The notes below the pieces were generated by a model. That model did not search any database. It was not told the origin of the DNA and saw only the letters and a program-made list of their open reading frames with translations. A program made the translations under genes and the position numbers. From Terrimicrobiaceae bacterium (GTDB taxonomy: Bacteria; Verrucomicrobiota; Verrucomicrobiia; Chthoniobacterales; Terrimicrobiaceae), in the NCBI GenBank assembly GCA_041675465.1, contig JBAYTU010000002.1, positions 17,821 to 81,820 of the forward strand: a stretch of 64,000 bases of DNA, written 5' to 3'. Below, in pieces: positions 45,890-55,016 of the stretch. Within the stretch, counting starts at the first letter, position 1, and each line of letters begins with the position of its first letter.

Positions 45890-46980
45890 GTTTTCATCCA
45901 GACGGCATCCCGATCTTTGGCCAACGCACAATATTGACGGATTTGCCCCGAGGAAAACGAAGTGTCGGAGATGCGGTTCCGCGACCACTCCCGATACCAG
46001 TCAACCGTCAGTTCGACCGTCTGGAAAAACTCCAGCACGGGTTTCCATTGGAGATAAAAGAGCGCCTTGTCGCAGTTGAGCTTCAGGAGCGTGGCCTCGT
46101 GTTCGCGCTTCCCGGTTCCCGGGGGTGCATCCCAGCGCAATTCGGGCCAGCGTTGGGCCATGGCTGCAAGCAACTCTCCAACCGAATGGTTGACTGTGGC
46201 GTCGGGCCCAAAATTAAATGCCTCTCCATGCAGATCTTTTTCGGACTCCGCCAAGCGGGCGGCCAAGTGGAGATATCCGCTGAGCGGTTCGAGCACATGT
46301 TGCCATGGACGCGTCGCGCCGGGATTACGGACGACCGCCTGTTCCCCGCGCGCCAACGCCCGCATGCAGTCGGGAACAATCCGGTCTTCGGCCCAATCTC
46401 CTCCCCCGATGACGTTTCCCGCCCGCGCGATGGCAACGCGGATGGGGCTCGTTTTGAAAAATGAGTGCCAGTAGGACTGCGCGATAAGATCTGCACAGCT
46501 TTTCGACGCGCTATACGGGTCATGCCCCGCCAACGCATCACATTCGCGATAACCCCAGCACCACTCGTCGTTGCGATAGGCCTTGTCGCTGGTGATCATC
46601 AGCGCGGAGCGCACGGATGGAGAATTGCGCAAACATTCCATCACGTTCACCATTCCCATCGCATTGACTTCGAATGTCGACGCCGGGTCATTGTAGGATT
46701 TTTTCACCAACGCCTGGGCGGCCATGTGAAAAACAAACTCCGGCTGGAATCTCTGAAAAACCTCGAACAGGCGGGTGCGATCGCGGACATCTCCGGTGAA
46801 ATGTTCCATCTGGCCTTGGAGGCCGATCAAATCGAAGTGCGAGTGGGAGCCCACGCTTCCCAGGGAATATCCCGCCACTTCGGCACCGAGCTCCCTGAGC
46901 CACAGGGAAAGCCAGGAGCCCTTGAAGCCGGTGTGGCCGGTCACCAAAACACGCTTGCCGGAGTAAATCCTATTGAACAT
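45886..46980 (-). CDS. rfbG: CDP-glucose 4,6-dehydratase
   Basis: Trimmed to ATG 46980. MFNRIYSGKRVLVTGHTGFKGSWLSLWL and DPYSASKSCADL are the canonical RfbG/DdhB pattern. Confidence 0.9.
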   Translation of the reverse strand: MFNRIYSGKRVLVTGHTGFKGSWLSLWLRELGAEVAGYSLGSVGSHSHFDLIGLQGQMEHFTGDVRDRTRLFEVFQRFQPEFVFHMAAQALVKKSYNDPASTFEVNAMGMVNVMECLRNSPSVRSALMITSDKAYRNDEWCWGYRECDALAGHDPYSASKSCADLIAQSYWHSFFKTSPIRVAIARAGNVIGGGDWAEDRIVPDCMRALARGEQAVVRNPGATRPWQHVLEPLSGYLHLAARLAESEKDLHGEAFNFGPDATVNHSVGELLAAMAQRWPELRWDAPPGTGKREHEATLLKLNCDKALFYLQWKPVLEFFQTVELTVDWYREWSRNRISDTSFSSGQIRQYCALAKDRDAVWMKT

Positions 46981-47977
46981 CGTTTTTTTCCATTGTTGGT
47001 TTCGGGGATCCGTCTGATGAAAAACCGGCTCCAGCCGACACGGATTCCAGAGCAGCATGGATCCGGGCAGCCAGATAGGCGTTTCCCTCTACAGTCAGAT
47101 GGATGGTATCGACAAAGAATCCCGGCTCTATGCCGTCCAGCGTGCAGATATAAGGGATGTGCCGTTCGCGTGCGACACGTTCCTGGATCCGGTAAAGGTC
47201 GATCTGCCTGACGGCCTCGGGCCACCTCGGGTCAGACCAGGAGATCGTCCTTTTCGCACCGTCGTAGTCCCCTTTGCCCAACAACCCCACAGTCTCCTTT
47301 TTGAATGGCCAGAGTTGCTGGACCATCAACGTGGCGGGGATGTTGCGCAGGTTTTGCTCATACAAGGACTCCCAGGGATTCACTGAGGGAAATGGATCGT
47401 GAATCTCGTGGCCGAACAGCTTGACTTGAAGAAAGCGATATTCGGCCTTCTTCAAGATCAGCCACAATTTCATGAAATCCCGGAAACCTCCCGCGTGACG
47501 TTCCGGTCCGGGGTACCGGTTGATATTGTAACCAAGCCCGTGATCGTTGCGGCCCGCGTAGTAGACAAGCACGGGCGCGGAAAGTTTTTCTCTCTCGATC
47601 AGGGCGACATGGTTTTGCGACGTCGCGCCGGATAAGCCGACATTGAGGACGCTGACGCCCCGGAGCCTGGCGAGCTGTGCGGGCCAGGTATGGTCGTCGT
47701 CAACCTCGAGACCCATTGTGGAGGATTCTCCAAGCGCGATAATATCGGGGTTGCACCCCTCTCCACGGAACCCTTCCGGCCCTATCTTGTAGGTGATGTC
47801 TCCCCGTTTGTAGGTGCCCGGTCGAAATTTGAAATACCCGTCAAATTGGGCCACGGGAAGTTCGTAGCCCGGCACCTTCTCGAAAGGCAGGACGAGATAG
47901 GAAAATCGAAAAAACACACACAGCGCAAAAAGAGCCGCGCCGAGGTTGATGAGGATGAAGACTGCTTTACGCTTCAT
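46970..47977 (-). CDS. Membrane-anchored SGNH/GDSL-type hydrolase
   Basis: Trimmed to ATG 47977 (MKRKAVFILINLGAALFALCVFF anchor). IIALGESSTMG (block I, with Glu in place of Asp), YYAGRNDH and VDTIHLT (DxxH). Confidence 0.6.
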   Translation of the reverse strand: MKRKAVFILINLGAALFALCVFFRFSYLVLPFEKVPGYELPVAQFDGYFKFRPGTYKRGDITYKIGPEGFRGEGCNPDIIALGESSTMGLEVDDDHTWPAQLARLRGVSVLNVGLSGATSQNHVALIEREKLSAPVLVYYAGRNDHGLGYNINRYPGPERHAGGFRDFMKLWLILKKAEYRFLQVKLFGHEIHDPFPSVNPWESLYEQNLRNIPATLMVQQLWPFKKETVGLLGKGDYDGAKRTISWSDPRWPEAVRQIDLYRIQERVARERHIPYICTLDGIEPGFFVDTIHLTVEGNAYLAARIHAALESVSAGAGFSSDGSPKPTMEKNDVQ

Positions 47978-48069
47978 TTTGGTGGCGGTGATGCACGGGC
48001 AATACCCGGCGAAACCGATAGAAGAGCGCCAGAGGTTGTGGGCGGGGGAAACAGCGGGACACGGGCGGG

Positions 48070-48837
48070 TTATCCGGTCCAAGGAGCGCGTCCCGAAGCC
48101 CACATTTCCTCGAGGGCATGCTTGTCCCTCAGGGTATCCATGCACTGCCAGAACCCGTCATGACAATACGCCATCAATTCGCCCCTCCTCGCGAGCCGTT
48201 CAAGCGGCTGCCGCTCCAGCATGGTGTGATCCCCTTCGATACAATCGAAGATTTGCGGTTCGAAAACAAAAAACCCGCCGTTGATCCAGCCTTCTCGCGC
48301 CTGGGGCTTTTCCTCAAAAGACAGAACCCGGTCCCCCTCTACCGCCAATTCCCCGAACCTCACGGGTGGCCGCACGGCGGTGACTGTCGCCAGCCGTCCG
48401 TGGGATTTGTGAAACTCCACGAGCCGCGAAAGATCGATGTCTGAAACACCGTCTCCGTAAGTGAGGAGAAATGTCCCCGTTGGCCGCAAAAGCTCTTTCA
48501 GCCGCAGAAGGCGCCCGCCGGTCATGGTATCGGCTCCCGTGTCCGCCATGGCCACCGTCCAGTCTTCAACCATGGGGTTCCTGTAGCTCACGGAATTCGA
48601 TGCGAGAGCGACTGTCAGGTCGCTTTTCCTCGCGTGGTAATTCAGGAAGTAATCCTTGATCACATCGCCTTTGTAGCCGAGCGCCAGCACGAAATCTCCG
48701 AACCCGAAACGCTCGTAGATTTTCATGATGTGCCAGAGGATCGGGCGATTTCCGATTTCGACCATCGGCTTCGGTTTGAGTTGTGTTTCTTCGCTCAGGC
48801 GTGTGCCGAGCCCGCCGCACAGGATAACGGTTTTCAT
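48070..48837 (-). CDS. rfbF: Glucose-1-phosphate cytidylyltransferase
   Basis: MKTVILCGGLGTRLSEETQLKPKPMVEIGNRPILWHIMKIY; 255 aa, canonical RfbF/DdhA. Confidence 0.92.
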   Translation of the reverse strand: MKTVILCGGLGTRLSEETQLKPKPMVEIGNRPILWHIMKIYERFGFGDFVLALGYKGDVIKDYFLNYHARKSDLTVALASNSVSYRNPMVEDWTVAMADTGADTMTGGRLLRLKELLRPTGTFLLTYGDGVSDIDLSRLVEFHKSHGRLATVTAVRPPVRFGELAVEGDRVLSFEEKPQAREGWINGGFFVFEPQIFDCIEGDHTMLERQPLERLARRGELMAYCHDGFWQCMDTLRDKHALEEMWASGRAPWTG

Positions 48838-50765
48838 GAATAAACTCCTGGAGATGTCGGTTTGGCGGCGGAGTCCGCCGCCGTAGGGGGCCCGTCCAAA
48901 ATATTCCGCCAGCCGCGCATTGCCGGATCGAAATGGAAATAATCCTCGCCGTCAAACTCATGCGCTCCAAACCTGACAGCATGGATCGCTTTCGAGAACT
49001 CCGTGCTGTCGGTTACGAAATGGGCACCTTTCCGGTTGCGGAGAGGACTGTAGTTCAGATCGTGGTTTGGATACAAAACGATCACCGGTAGCCGGGCCAG
49101 ATAGGCATCCAAGGCCGCAGAGGTGATATTGCTGGAATAAGCCGCGTCATGGGAAGCAAGAAGCTCCCCGATAGGCTCCGTTGTAATGTTCATTTTCAAC
49201 CCACTGTATCGGGAAAGATCCGGCAGATAGTTGGGATGAGGCTTGAGCGTGAATTCGATGTCCGGGGCCAGTGCAAGCGCGGAGGAGGCCAGGAGATCCA
49301 GCATACGGGCGGTTTCAGCAGGGAGGTAGTCTCCGAGGACCAGGACTCGAAAAACGTCGTCTTTAAGTTTTGGTTCAAATTTGCGCGATTTGCAAAATGG
49401 CTGCAGGTAACCGAATCGCAAAGCCTCGCACTCGCAAACCTCAAAGGGAATTCCGGCCCCTGCGATAGCCTCGCGCATCCCCTTGCCGTTGACGGCCACA
49501 ACATCGGGCATTGGCCTGGGATATGAGGAGGAAGGGTCGCTTCCAAATCCGAAATACCGGAGATCCCAGAATCTGATTGTGGAGTGCGCGACCCCGACCA
49601 TCTTCCCATGTCCGTGCCTGCGCCAAGCATGGACACATGCCTGTTCCCACGGTTGGTTTTCCCACAGAAAAAGTCCGAGCGATTGGTGCGGGACGACCGA
49701 GAGGGCAGCGTCGAAAAGCTCTTTCCAGAAAAGATTCATCACAGCCCGGCTGCCTCGCAGGGTCGAATTCCAATCGGTTGATATCAGTGGCCAAAGGCCA
49801 AGCGAGCCTTCGCGGGTCGTTCGCAAGGCAGGGCCGAGTCGCCAGGAAACAAGAACCAGACGGATCCAGTTTCGGAGCGTTCTCATCACGACATCCCAGG
49901 AGAGAAAGTCGTCAATGAACGCATGTCGTTCGTGGCCGACCGCCCCGGTGTTAAAATTCTCCAACAGGGTCAATGCGTCTCCCGCTCCAGGGACGGCAGG
50001 GTGCGGGTAGAAAAGATGCACCCAATTCACCGGGGTTTCGAGATTCCTGACAAGGTCCGTGACTTCTCCCCAGTAGCGGGAGCGAAACTCCCCGGTCCCG
50101 GGTTCCAAATGGAAAAAATAGGAGAAAATCGTTGTGGCCTTTTCTCCGCCTTTCCACGGCGACGAAACCCGGCTTAAAAACTTCCGGCGGATCCACACTT
50201 GGCGGATCAGAGTTGCCAACCCGTGCAATATATGCGGCAATTTATCACGAAGGCTGGTTTTGCTCTGTGACTCTCCACCCTGATTCGCCGGGGGAATCTG
50301 TTGGAATTCCAGGTGTCGTTTTTTGCAAAATCCGCCCAGGATTTTCCGGAGCCGCCCGTCGTGGCTGACGAGCACGACCTTCCGGGCTTTTTTCTCGGAA
50401 AGGATTTCCTCCAAAGCGAACAGGCGCAGGACATCTTTGATCCATGGGGATTTCCACGGGCTTTTTTCCACGAAGGGCGTCATCCACCAGTAACTGAAAC
50501 CATCTCCCAAGGACAGATGCTCGATCAGGCTCTTCCCGAAAATCACGGCCTCCCCGAAGTCTTCCGCCCACGCCAGAAACATTTGCCTGAGCCGTCCGCC
50601 GTTTTGCTCGACGTAATCCAGCAGGGAAAGTTCGCAGCTCCCGGGGTGGCGGTTCCACGTGCAGACGAAACCGTCGCCCATTGCGGGCGGGGCATCCGGC
50701 CCGTCCCAGAGGATCACTGTATCCCCGGCAGACACGATCCTTTGGTCGGGATTCAAGGGATGCAA
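48834..50765 (-). CDS. Large uncharacterised surface-carbohydrate biosynthesis protein; C-terminal half is GT-B-like with a KPHP motif
   Basis: 643 aa, no TM helices. C-terminal VLVLGDY...FTLKPHPNY...AAYSSNITSAALDAYLARLPVIVL resembles nucleotide-binding halves of CMP/CDP-dependent transferases. TTG start is uncertain. Confidence 0.45.
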   Translation of the reverse strand: MHPLNPDQRIVSAGDTVILWDGPDAPPAMGDGFVCTWNRHPGSCELSLLDYVEQNGGRLRQMFLAWAEDFGEAVIFGKSLIEHLSLGDGFSYWWMTPFVEKSPWKSPWIKDVLRLFALEEILSEKKARKVVLVSHDGRLRKILGGFCKKRHLEFQQIPPANQGGESQSKTSLRDKLPHILHGLATLIRQVWIRRKFLSRVSSPWKGGEKATTIFSYFFHLEPGTGEFRSRYWGEVTDLVRNLETPVNWVHLFYPHPAVPGAGDALTLLENFNTGAVGHERHAFIDDFLSWDVVMRTLRNWIRLVLVSWRLGPALRTTREGSLGLWPLISTDWNSTLRGSRAVMNLFWKELFDAALSVVPHQSLGLFLWENQPWEQACVHAWRRHGHGKMVGVAHSTIRFWDLRYFGFGSDPSSSYPRPMPDVVAVNGKGMREAIAGAGIPFEVCECEALRFGYLQPFCKSRKFEPKLKDDVFRVLVLGDYLPAETARMLDLLASSALALAPDIEFTLKPHPNYLPDLSRYSGLKMNITTEPIGELLASHDAAYSSNITSAALDAYLARLPVIVLYPNHDLNYSPLRNRKGAHFVTDSTEFSKAIHAVRFGAHEFDGEDYFHFDPAMRGWRNILDGPPTAADSAAKPTSPGVYS

Positions 50766-51703
50766 TTGTCGTCCAGACCACCGATGGCAGCCCGGCCCAT
50801 CGCCAGGATCGCCTCATAGGAACTTCCCCCAATGTGTGGGGTCACCAAAAAATTGGGCAATTCCAGCAACCGCAAGTCGCGGGGAGGTTCGTCTGCCAGA
50901 ACGTCGAATCCGGCACCGGCGAGTTTTCCCGTGCCGAGCATTTCTTCCAAAGCCTTTTCATCAACCAACCCTCCTCTGGCGCAGTTGATCAAGATCGCGG
51001 AAGATTTCATCAGGGCCAAACGTCGGGCATCCAGCATCCCGCGGGTTGTGTCGTCAAGCGGCACGTGGAGCGTGACGATGTCCGCCTCCCGGAGAAGCTC
51101 CTCCAGCGACGACTCCTCGACGGAGTGCTGATGATAAAAGCCGGGGAACTTCAGGATGTCGTTCGCCATTACCCGGCAATCGAAGGCCCTCAGAAGCGGC
51201 ACCAAGTCTTTGCCGATATGCCCGCATCCGACGATGCCGACGGTCTTTCCCGTCAACTGGCGTCCCACATGCTGGCGCCAAGTGCCCGAGAGAACCTCCC
51301 GGTTCGAGGCAGGGATATGCCGGAGGAGCGCGATGGCGAAAGCGATGACCAGCTCGGACACGGAGCGGCGGTTCACGCCTGGCGTCCAACCGAGAGCCTT
51401 CCCGAATTTCCGCATGGCCTCCCTGTCGATCATGTCGAGCCCGACGCCATATTTGCTGACGACCTTCAGTTGCGGCAACTGCCGGAGAACTTCCCCGCTG
51501 ATGGTTTCCAATGCCGTGATCGCCTTGTCATGTCCGCTCAAAAACCGCACGAGCGACTCGTTCTCCAGTTGTGCCCCACCGTCATTGAATGTCACCCTGG
51601 AGTATCGGGCGAGCAGCTCCGCCCGAAGCACGGGGTTCTTTGAAAACGATCGGGAGCAAACCGCGACACGGTCTTCGGTATTCACAGATTCGTCTCCAGG
51701 CAT
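50753..51703 (-). CDS. D-isomer-specific 2-hydroxyacid dehydrogenase (PGDH-like)
   Basis: ORF 50753..52138 trimmed to ATG 51703; an alternative GTG at 51685 gives a GTGA overlap. GIVGCGHIGKDL, NCARGGLVDE and TPHIGGSS motifs. Confidence 0.85.
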   Translation of the reverse strand: MPGDESVNTEDRVAVCSRSFSKNPVLRAELLARYSRVTFNDGGAQLENESLVRFLSGHDKAITALETISGEVLRQLPQLKVVSKYGVGLDMIDREAMRKFGKALGWTPGVNRRSVSELVIAFAIALLRHIPASNREVLSGTWRQHVGRQLTGKTVGIVGCGHIGKDLVPLLRAFDCRVMANDILKFPGFYHQHSVEESSLEELLREADIVTLHVPLDDTTRGMLDARRLALMKSSAILINCARGGLVDEKALEEMLGTGKLAGAGFDVLADEPPRDLRLLELPNFLVTPHIGGSSYEAILAMGRAAIGGLDDNCIP

Positions 51704-52434
51704 CCGTTGTCGGCCAGCACATCCAGGGAGCCCTCCTTTTCCCTCCAGCAAACCCGGCCGCCGGCCCCTTCGACGATCGCGATCCCCGCAGCCACATCCC
51801 ACAGCATGATGTTTTCTTCGAAATAAGCCTCCGCCCGCCCGTCGGCAACGCACGCGAGGGACGAGGCCGCAGAACCGAGCATGCGGACTTTCGCGAAAGG
51901 AGAAACCCGGTCCCGGAAGCTCCCCCACGCTTTCTCCGCCGAAAAATCGAAGCGGACCGGGAACCCGGTGCAGATGGCCGCACGGGAAACGTCGCCAATC
52001 CTGCTCACCCGGATTTCCCGCCCATCCCTCCATGCCCCCAATGGCTTTCCTCCCCAACAAAGCGATTTTTTCACGATATCGAAAATGACCCCGAAAACCG
52101 GGCGGTCCGCTTCCCATAAGGCGATGGAGACCGCACACGGCCCCAGATTCCTTAAATGGTTGAACGTCCCGTCCAGGGGATCGACAATGAACCGGTGCCC
52201 GCCCGGTCGCGCGCCCGGGACAAGCCCACGCTCCTCGCTCAAGATTTCCAAACCGGTTCCCGACAAGGCACCGAGAATGACATCTTCCAGCACGGCATCG
52301 GCCAGCGACTTGACTTCACGGGGAAACTCCTCGCTGAAGGAGAAATCTTCAAGGTGCCCCCCCTTCTCCAACCGCTCCCCGGCCCGTGCCGCCGTGGATT
52401 TTGCCAGCTCCAGCAACGCCGGAATATCAACCAT
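51682..52434 (-). CDS. Inositol-monophosphatase-fold sugar phosphatase
   Basis: FIVDPLDGTFNH and WDVAAGIAIVEGAGG motifs; 250 aa. Confidence 0.85.
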   Translation of the reverse strand: MVDIPALLELAKSTAARAGERLEKGGHLEDFSFSEEFPREVKSLADAVLEDVILGALSGTGLEILSEERGLVPGARPGGHRFIVDPLDGTFNHLRNLGPCAVSIALWEADRPVFGVIFDIVKKSLCWGGKPLGAWRDGREIRVSRIGDVSRAAICTGFPVRFDFSAEKAWGSFRDRVSPFAKVRMLGSAASSLACVADGRAEAYFEENIMLWDVAAGIAIVEGAGGRVCWREKEGSLDVLADNGCLETNL

Positions 52435-53038
52435 TTTTCACAAGACGCATCAGGTAGGCCCCGACCAGATGGTCCAGGATCAGATGAATATCCTCTGCCG
52501 GACCGTATTCCTTCTGACCCGTGGGAATATGAATCCCCGAATCGGCCATTTGCTTCAATCGCCCGCCATCGAATGCCGTGATGGCAACGGTCCGGATGCC
52601 AGCCGATGAGGAATGTTCGAATGCCCGGACCAGGTTGGGTGAGTTCCCGGAGGCGGAAATCGCGACAACGACATCGCCCTTTTTTCCCAGAACCTTCAAC
52701 TGGCGGACGAAAATTTCCTCGAACCCGTGGTCGTTTCCTATCGCCGTCATGATGGCGGCATTGTCCGCGAGACTCACAGCCCGGAACGGCTTTTCATAGT
52801 CGTTCGTGCCGATGGCGAGATCGTTCGCAAAGTGGCTCGCCGTGGCGGCACTACCCCCGTTTCCAATGAAAAACACCGTCGCTCCACACTCCCTGGCCTC
52901 CAGCAAGACCCGGATGAATCCCGCAACCTCCCCGGCATCCACTTTCCCCAGGAGCAACCGGAGATATTCGAGATAACCGTCGGCAAAGGCTTCCGGGTCG
53001 CTGGTGTAAATGGCGTCGATATTATTGCTTTTGCTCAT
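52427..53038 (-). CDS. SIS-domain sugar-phosphate isomerase (GmhA/KdsD-like)
   Basis: Trimmed to ATG 53038 (MSKSNNIDAIY). FFIGNGGSAATASHFANDL and AISASGNSPN motifs. Confidence 0.85.
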   Translation of the reverse strand: MSKSNNIDAIYTSDPEAFADGYLEYLRLLLGKVDAGEVAGFIRVLLEARECGATVFFIGNGGSAATASHFANDLAIGTNDYEKPFRAVSLADNAAIMTAIGNDHGFEEIFVRQLKVLGKKGDVVVAISASGNSPNLVRAFEHSSSAGIRTVAITAFDGGRLKQMADSGIHIPTGQKEYGPAEDIHLILDHLVGAYLMRLVKNG

Positions 53039-54071
53039 TGGGATCTGGGATGTTGTAGGCCCGCCTCCACTGCGGGTCGGCATAGTAAATCTGAAACACG
53101 AGACGCATGGTGCGGAGGGCATCGTCCGAACTGCCCTGGTTCACCGGAAGATCCTGGAGAATGCAGTCCGCGAATGCACGGATCTCGGCGTCCCATGAGG
53201 GATCGCGGTTGTAGCGGGTCACGGTCTCACGAGGGTCGCCCCTGTCGTTGTCCGGGTCCGCTTGAACAACCGTCAACGTCTCGGCCCCGTAACTTTTTGT
53301 CCCGGTGAGGATGCCGCCCAAAATCAAGCTTCCCCGCTCCAGGTTGATGTCGAGATGGAACCGGTGCCTCCACTGGGTGGCCGAAGAATTCAGCATCCCA
53401 ACGATGCCGGTTGGCGTCCGCATGAGCGCGTAGGCGTTGTCCTCCACGTCGTATCCCCAGTGGCCGTTGGAAATAAAACTATGCACCTCGGTGAAATCGC
53501 CCGCAAAAAGCCGCATGAGATCGACCATGTGAATTCCCTGGTCCAGCAGGACCCCCCCCCCGGCGACTTCCCGCCTCGTCCTCCAGTCGGGCTGGTTGAA
53601 CGTGATCAGCTTCGCTTTCCCATAGACGCCGCGGATATTGATGATGTTTCCCAATTCTCCTCCGCGAAGAATCTTCACCGCATCCACGACGGACTCGTGG
53701 TAGCGGTGGTTGAAACCATACATGAGCTTGAGCCCGGGGCTTTTCTGCTCGCAGGCGATCACATCAAGAATTTCCCGCACGCTCCGGCCCGGCGGCTTTT
53801 CGCAAAAAACATGGAGCCCCTTGTTCAAGCCGGCCATGACAACCTCCGCCGCAATATCATTGGTCAGACAAACAATCAGGGCATCGAGCGGCTGTTCGAG
53901 AAGGCGGTGGTAGTTTGTGTGATACCGGGTCCCGTCCGGCAATGTCCCCTCGCCATCGAACGTCCGGTCGCACACGGCGACGACTTTCATGCCGCCATGC
54001 CGCACGATGCACTCGTGGCGCCGCTTTCCGACTACGCCATATCCGGCAATGCCAACCATTAATGGTTTCAT
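53022..54071 (-). CDS. Gfo/Idh/MocA-family NAD(P)-dependent sugar oxidoreductase
   Basis: Trimmed to ATG 54071. MVGIAGYGVVGKRRH Rossmann start and VFCEKPPGRS (EKP motif). Confidence 0.85.
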   Translation of the reverse strand: MKPLMVGIAGYGVVGKRRHECIVRHGGMKVVAVCDRTFDGEGTLPDGTRYHTNYHRLLEQPLDALIVCLTNDIAAEVVMAGLNKGLHVFCEKPPGRSVREILDVIACEQKSPGLKLMYGFNHRYHESVVDAVKILRGGELGNIINIRGVYGKAKLITFNQPDWRTRREVAGGGVLLDQGIHMVDLMRLFAGDFTEVHSFISNGHWGYDVEDNAYALMRTPTGIVGMLNSSATQWRHRFHLDINLERGSLILGGILTGTKSYGAETLTVVQADPDNDRGDPRETVTRYNRDPSWDAEIRAFADCILQDLPVNQGSSDDALRTMRLVFQIYYADPQWRRAYNIPDPNEQKQ

Positions 54072-54122
54072 GGTCAAGGTGTTCTGATTTTCGATCCGGC
54101 TGGCTGCCATTATCCGGAGTTG

Positions 54123-54905
54123 CTACTGCACGACGGGGGAGTTGAGATAGAGGGCGAGAGTCTCGTCCCCCTGCAAGCGGCTTTCGGCGAATGCCAACTC
54201 CTCAGGCGTATCCACCCCGATCGTTTCAAATTCCGTAAGGACCATCCGGATCCGCCCCCCATTCTCAAGGATCCTGTTCATATCCACGGATTCGATCTGC
54301 TCCAATTGCGTCTCCTCCATGCGGTTGAAGCTCAGGAGCGTGTCGCGGCGGAAGGCGATGATCCCGGTCTGCATGAACATCGGCACCCCGGTGGAACCTT
54401 TCCACGGGGATGGAATTGGCTCGCGGGAAAAGTAGAGTGCGTCCCCCCACTTGTTCACGACCACCTTGACGTTGTTCACGTCGCGGAATTCCTCCAGCGT
54501 GCGCAGCCGGGACATGACATTGACAATCTCCACCGCCGGATCCTTAAAATGAAGCAGCGTCTCGGCGATGGTTTCCGGGCGGATCAGTGGCTCGTCGCCC
54601 TGCACCATCACAATGATGTCCACAGCCTCTCCGGTCTCCCGTTCGATGTGCTGAAAAGCTTCAGCAGTCCGGGTCGTGGCGCGGGTGTGGGAGGTGGCCG
54701 TCATGACCGCGCTTCCGCCGATGCTCCGGACATACTCCGCGATCGGCTCGTCGCAGGTGGCCACATAGGCGGCATCGAGTCCCCGGGCGAGGCGCGTCCG
54801 GTGATAACAGTGACCGACCATGGGCATGCCGTGAATCAGCGCCATCGGCTTGTTCGGAAAACGGGATGCGCTCAGGCGCGCGGGGATGATGCCGATCGCT
54901 TTCAT
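54123..54905 (-). CDS. KdsB-family CMP-ulosonic acid synthetase (3-deoxy-manno-octulosonate cytidylyltransferase-like)
   Basis: Trimmed to ATG 54905. Collinear with E. coli KdsB as remembered: IGIIPARLSASRFPNKP, VQGDEPLI, VKVVVNKWGDALYFSREPIP, GVDTPEEL. Confidence 0.85.
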   Translation of the reverse strand: MKAIGIIPARLSASRFPNKPMALIHGMPMVGHCYHRTRLARGLDAAYVATCDEPIAEYVRSIGGSAVMTATSHTRATTRTAEAFQHIERETGEAVDIIVMVQGDEPLIRPETIAETLLHFKDPAVEIVNVMSRLRTLEEFRDVNNVKVVVNKWGDALYFSREPIPSPWKGSTGVPMFMQTGIIAFRRDTLLSFNRMEETQLEQIESVDMNRILENGGRIRMVLTEFETIGVDTPEELAFAESRLQGDETLALYLNSPVVQ

Positions 54906-54931
54906 TGTTGGTGCAAAGAAGAAAGTAGAAC

Positions 54932-54961
54932 CACGGATGGACACGGATGAACACGGATCAT
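54932..54961 (-). repeat. Three tandem 10-bp repeats just upstream of the cytidylyltransferase start
   Basis: Plus strand reads cacggatgga / cacggatgaa / cacggatcat. Located 27-56 nt upstream of ATG 54905, in the 111-nt spacer. Confidence 0.9.
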
Positions 54962-55016
54962 AAAAGAGTTCTACACATCACTTGAATCATCGTTGGCGGG
55001 AGTTTTCCGATGGCTT

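Noticed and set aside
46970-47977. GESS instead of GDS(L) in SGNH block I as a sign of inactivation
   Set aside because: The nucleophilic Ser and the distal DxxH block are retained. An Asp-to-Glu change in front of the Ser is conservative, so there is no basis for calling the enzyme inactive.
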